A DNA stretch of 49,784 nucleotides from Octopus bimaculoides (Eukaryota), in contig NC_068984.1 in the NCBI RefSeq assembly GCF_001194135.2, positions 63,149,133 to 63,198,916 of the forward strand, in the 5' to 3' direction. The translations under genes were made by a program, and so were the position numbers. Each line of letters begins with the position of its first letter. The stretch's first letter is position 1. This document shows, piece after piece, positions 46,881 to 49,784 of the stretch. The notes under the pieces were generated by a model. That model saw only the letters and a list, made by a program, of their open reading frames with translations. It was not told the DNA's origin and did no database searches.

Positions 46881-49189
46881 ATTTATATATATATATAAAT
46901 GGTGTGATATACATAGAGAAAAAAAGGAAACTGACAATAAAACAATGACAATAACAAATATGTAGTACTAAATATCAATAGCAATGGATAACAGTAACAA
47001 GAAAGTAATGTCAAAATGAGGGACATAATATGTAAGGTAATTTGAGACAGTCAGCACAAAACTTTTAATTACCCCAACATACAATATTTAAATGAAATCT
47101 ACAAGATTATGTTGTCAGCATGTAAGTAAACAATTTCAATCCATTTAGTCATGTCGATTTCAGTACTTTCAACCACTTTTCATACAATTTACTTGGATGG
47201 CAGGCCTTCTCTCTTTACCCTTATCTTCCTCTTGAAGTAGTGTTTGAAGACACTAGTAAGAGTTTAGCCTGAGTGGAAGAACTTTCCCTCATACCTTTCT
47301 GTAATATCCATTGTACAACTTCTCTTGTAATGGCCATCAATGAAAAATTAACTCACTCTCCCTTACAAAATGAAGGCAGTGGGTCAATATTAATGATAGC
47401 CTTGACAGATATCCAGAACTATCTTGGTAATGTGATTACTGGTGGTTGACATAAATTAGCAGGAACATTGAAATATACATGCTGGATGTTTTTGTTACCC
47501 TGCACATGGTTAGTTGTCAGTGCCAACATGTGATCTGTAGAGTTTATCTCAAACAGGGACCCCCCCCCCCCCACACACTGTAGTACTTGCAGCGCGAGGA
47601 CTTTTGGAAATTGTTCATATTTCCCAACCTGAAAGTCCTCTGGAAGCATCTACTCCAATTGTCTTCATTGACTTCCAAAAGTATTCCCCAATCAGTATTA
47701 TATCTTATGCTAATCCTCTATAAAAACTAATGTTGACTTTCTACGGGTCATATTGTTCAGTTGGCAGGGTACAGTAAGCCCCTGGTGACATTCTGTATGT
47801 CCAACATCCTGCTTTGATGCTTTGATCTTCATTTGAGACAAGACTTCAGGTAGGAAACAAGTTGTAAAAATAAGTCCCATGCAGTGTGAATACATCTGTT
47901 CACCCATGTCAAGTAGGAATCTCTGTAGATATGTCACTGACAACACACGCCAATGTATCATCATCCATGAAAGAGGAGGCCCTCTTGGTGTGGACATTTA
48001 ATAGCAGATGATTCTTTACTTGCCCATCAGAACTTGTTCCTTCCATAATTTTGTTTGAAGAGATGTTATTTAAGACAGGGCACTAAGTTTGGTGGTAGTA
48101 AACCACTAATGCAATGTACATATTGGTGTACCAGGTACACAATGTGAACAGCTTAGAATAGAAGCTTTGAAGCACTAACAGCTATGTTTCACCCTTCAGG
48201 TAGCTATAAAAAAATATAAAGGAGAAATAACATCCAACCTCAAGTGAAGAATGTGCAACCAGTACAATGAGATGTTTGATCACATCACTTCTTGTTCGTA
48301 TTAAACCTGAATATATGTGGACACAAATCATTCAGCATTTATGTCCAGTAGAATATGCTACTACTTTGAAGCATAAACAAAGAAGTGATAAAATAATGTA
48401 GGAAACATGGTACATAATATCAACCTAGCTACAATCATCTGCAGTTCCTTTACCACAATGACAAAGAAATCCAGTTACAATAGTTTAGGAATGAAATGAA
48501 AATACATGCAAAGTAATAGACATTGTGATCCACTCAAACTAAAACATCGTTGGAATTGAAGTAGAAAAACTATTAAAATGTATGGCCCTTGAAGCTGAAA
48601 TAAACTTAATGTAGAGTTTGAAATTCAAAGCAAGCACCAATAGCAAGTGGAGTATAGGCATGATTAAATATATGAACAATGCTGTAGAAGCTATACTAAG
48701 TCTTGCAATATTATATACAGTCACAAAAGCAGATTTGCATGATTCATCCCACATCCTATGACAAAAACTTTCAGTACAATAGCACAACTTAAACCTCATA
48801 TTCTTTGCACTCAACATTTATTCTAATGCAATTCACACAACTCACAATCTACACCTGCAACTCAATAATACAACACAAACTATATATGCATGCTATCCAC
48901 ACTCACCATCTGAAACATATAGCACTAATCACAAAACACATGTGAAACATATGTATCAACTAACAACATAAAAACAATTCACATTGTGCACGTTCAACAA
49001 CAAAAGAAACTGTAAAATAGTATCTGAGTTAACTAGACAATGCCCATAGCAAAATAAAAATGATGTTGAACAGTAATGTGGTTCTACACATAGCATAATG
49101 TTGCATATACCTTAGGAACATGGTAGTATACCTGGTGTACAAGCAAAAACTAGCATGGAACTGTCAAAACTATAAATCCTACTGAAAAT

Positions 49190-49412
49190 AGTTTCAAATG
49201 TTGGTTCAAGGCCTGAAGTTTTATTGAGAGGTGCTTAGTCAATTATATCAACCACAGTACTGGACCAGTACTTATTTTAACAGCTGCAAAACGATGAAAG
49301 CCAAATCAGATCTTAGTAGCAGAATGTAAAGCAGAATGTAAGGTGCTGATACAGGAAGAAATACTGATAAGCATTTTGTCCAGCATACTAATGATTCTGT
49401 CAGCTTGCCCCC
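49190..49412 (-). mobile_element. SINE, family B (copy 1 of a tandem pair)
   Basis: ttggttcaaggcctgaag...ccagtacttatttt...aagcattttgtccagcatactaatgattctgtcagcttgcc. Confidence 0.7.
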
Positions 49413-49424
49413 TTAATAATAAGG

Positions 49425-49640
49425 ATAATAATGATAAAAATCCTTTCTGTTCCTGAAATTTGGGAAAGGAGAATAATTGATTACATTGACCCCTGTGTTT
49501 CACTGGTACTTAATTTATTGACTTCGAAAAGCTGAAAGACAAAGTTGACCTAAGCTGAATTTGAACCCAGAACATAGTGGCAGACGAAATACCACAAAGC
49601 ATTTCACCTGATATGCTAACAATTCTGCCAGCTTGCTCCT
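49425..49640 (-). mobile_element. SINE, family B (copy 2 of a tandem pair)
   Basis: gattacattgacccctgtgtttcactggtacttaatttattgac...aaagttgacctaagctgaatttgaacccagaac...gctaacaattctgccagcttgctcc. Confidence 0.8.
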
Positions 49641-49641
49641 T

Positions 49642-49690
<49 letters not shown>

Positions 49691-49761
49691 GCAACAACAA
49701 CAACAGCAACAACAACAACAACAACAACAACAACAGCAACAGCAACAACAACAACAACAAC
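49642..49761. repeat. (AAC)n microsatellite with AGC interruptions
   Basis: Directly visible; explains the poly-Thr, poly-Leu and poly-Val ORFs. Confidence 0.97.
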
Positions 49762-49784
49762 GGGGAAGTTTAACATGTGAGTAC

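Noticed and set aside
47560-48050. Possible LINE RT relic (VFIDFQK on +, SFMDDDT on -)
   Set aside because: The two weak motifs lie on opposite strands with many stops, so no consistent assignment is possible.

Overview
This is eukaryotic, AT-rich, repeat-dense draft-assembly DNA with seven N gaps. The SINE families, RTE LINE motifs and microsatellite load resemble an octopus (coleoid cephalopod) genome; that is an inference from recalled repeat motifs, not a database hit. I cannot support any complete protein-coding gene, rRNA, tRNA or CRISPR array, and most ORF-track entries are artefacts of microsatellites or N runs. What is supportable is a mosaic of decayed mobile elements: four mariner/maT relics, a nearly full-length Tigger/pogo transposase relic, a TA-flanked MITE, RTE and R4/Dong-like LINE fragments, two Penelope-like (PLE) GIY-YIG relics and about 25 SINE-type copies. 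The most interesting signals are four. (1) A near-canonical minimal type I hammerhead ribozyme at 34197-34241, next to PLE fragments. (2) A PLE relic bracketed by inverted ~80-bp termini that carry a decayed hammerhead-like motif (16978-18523). (3) An unidentified, inverted, tail-to-tail duplicated coding relic with excess synonymous divergence (7925-8962). (4) A CpG-retaining domain (~30.3-37.4 kb) between CpG-depleted flanks, containing a candidate promoter and first exon. I found no convincing evidence for a wholly new biological system. All family assignments come from hand translation and remembered consensus motifs and need search confirmation.
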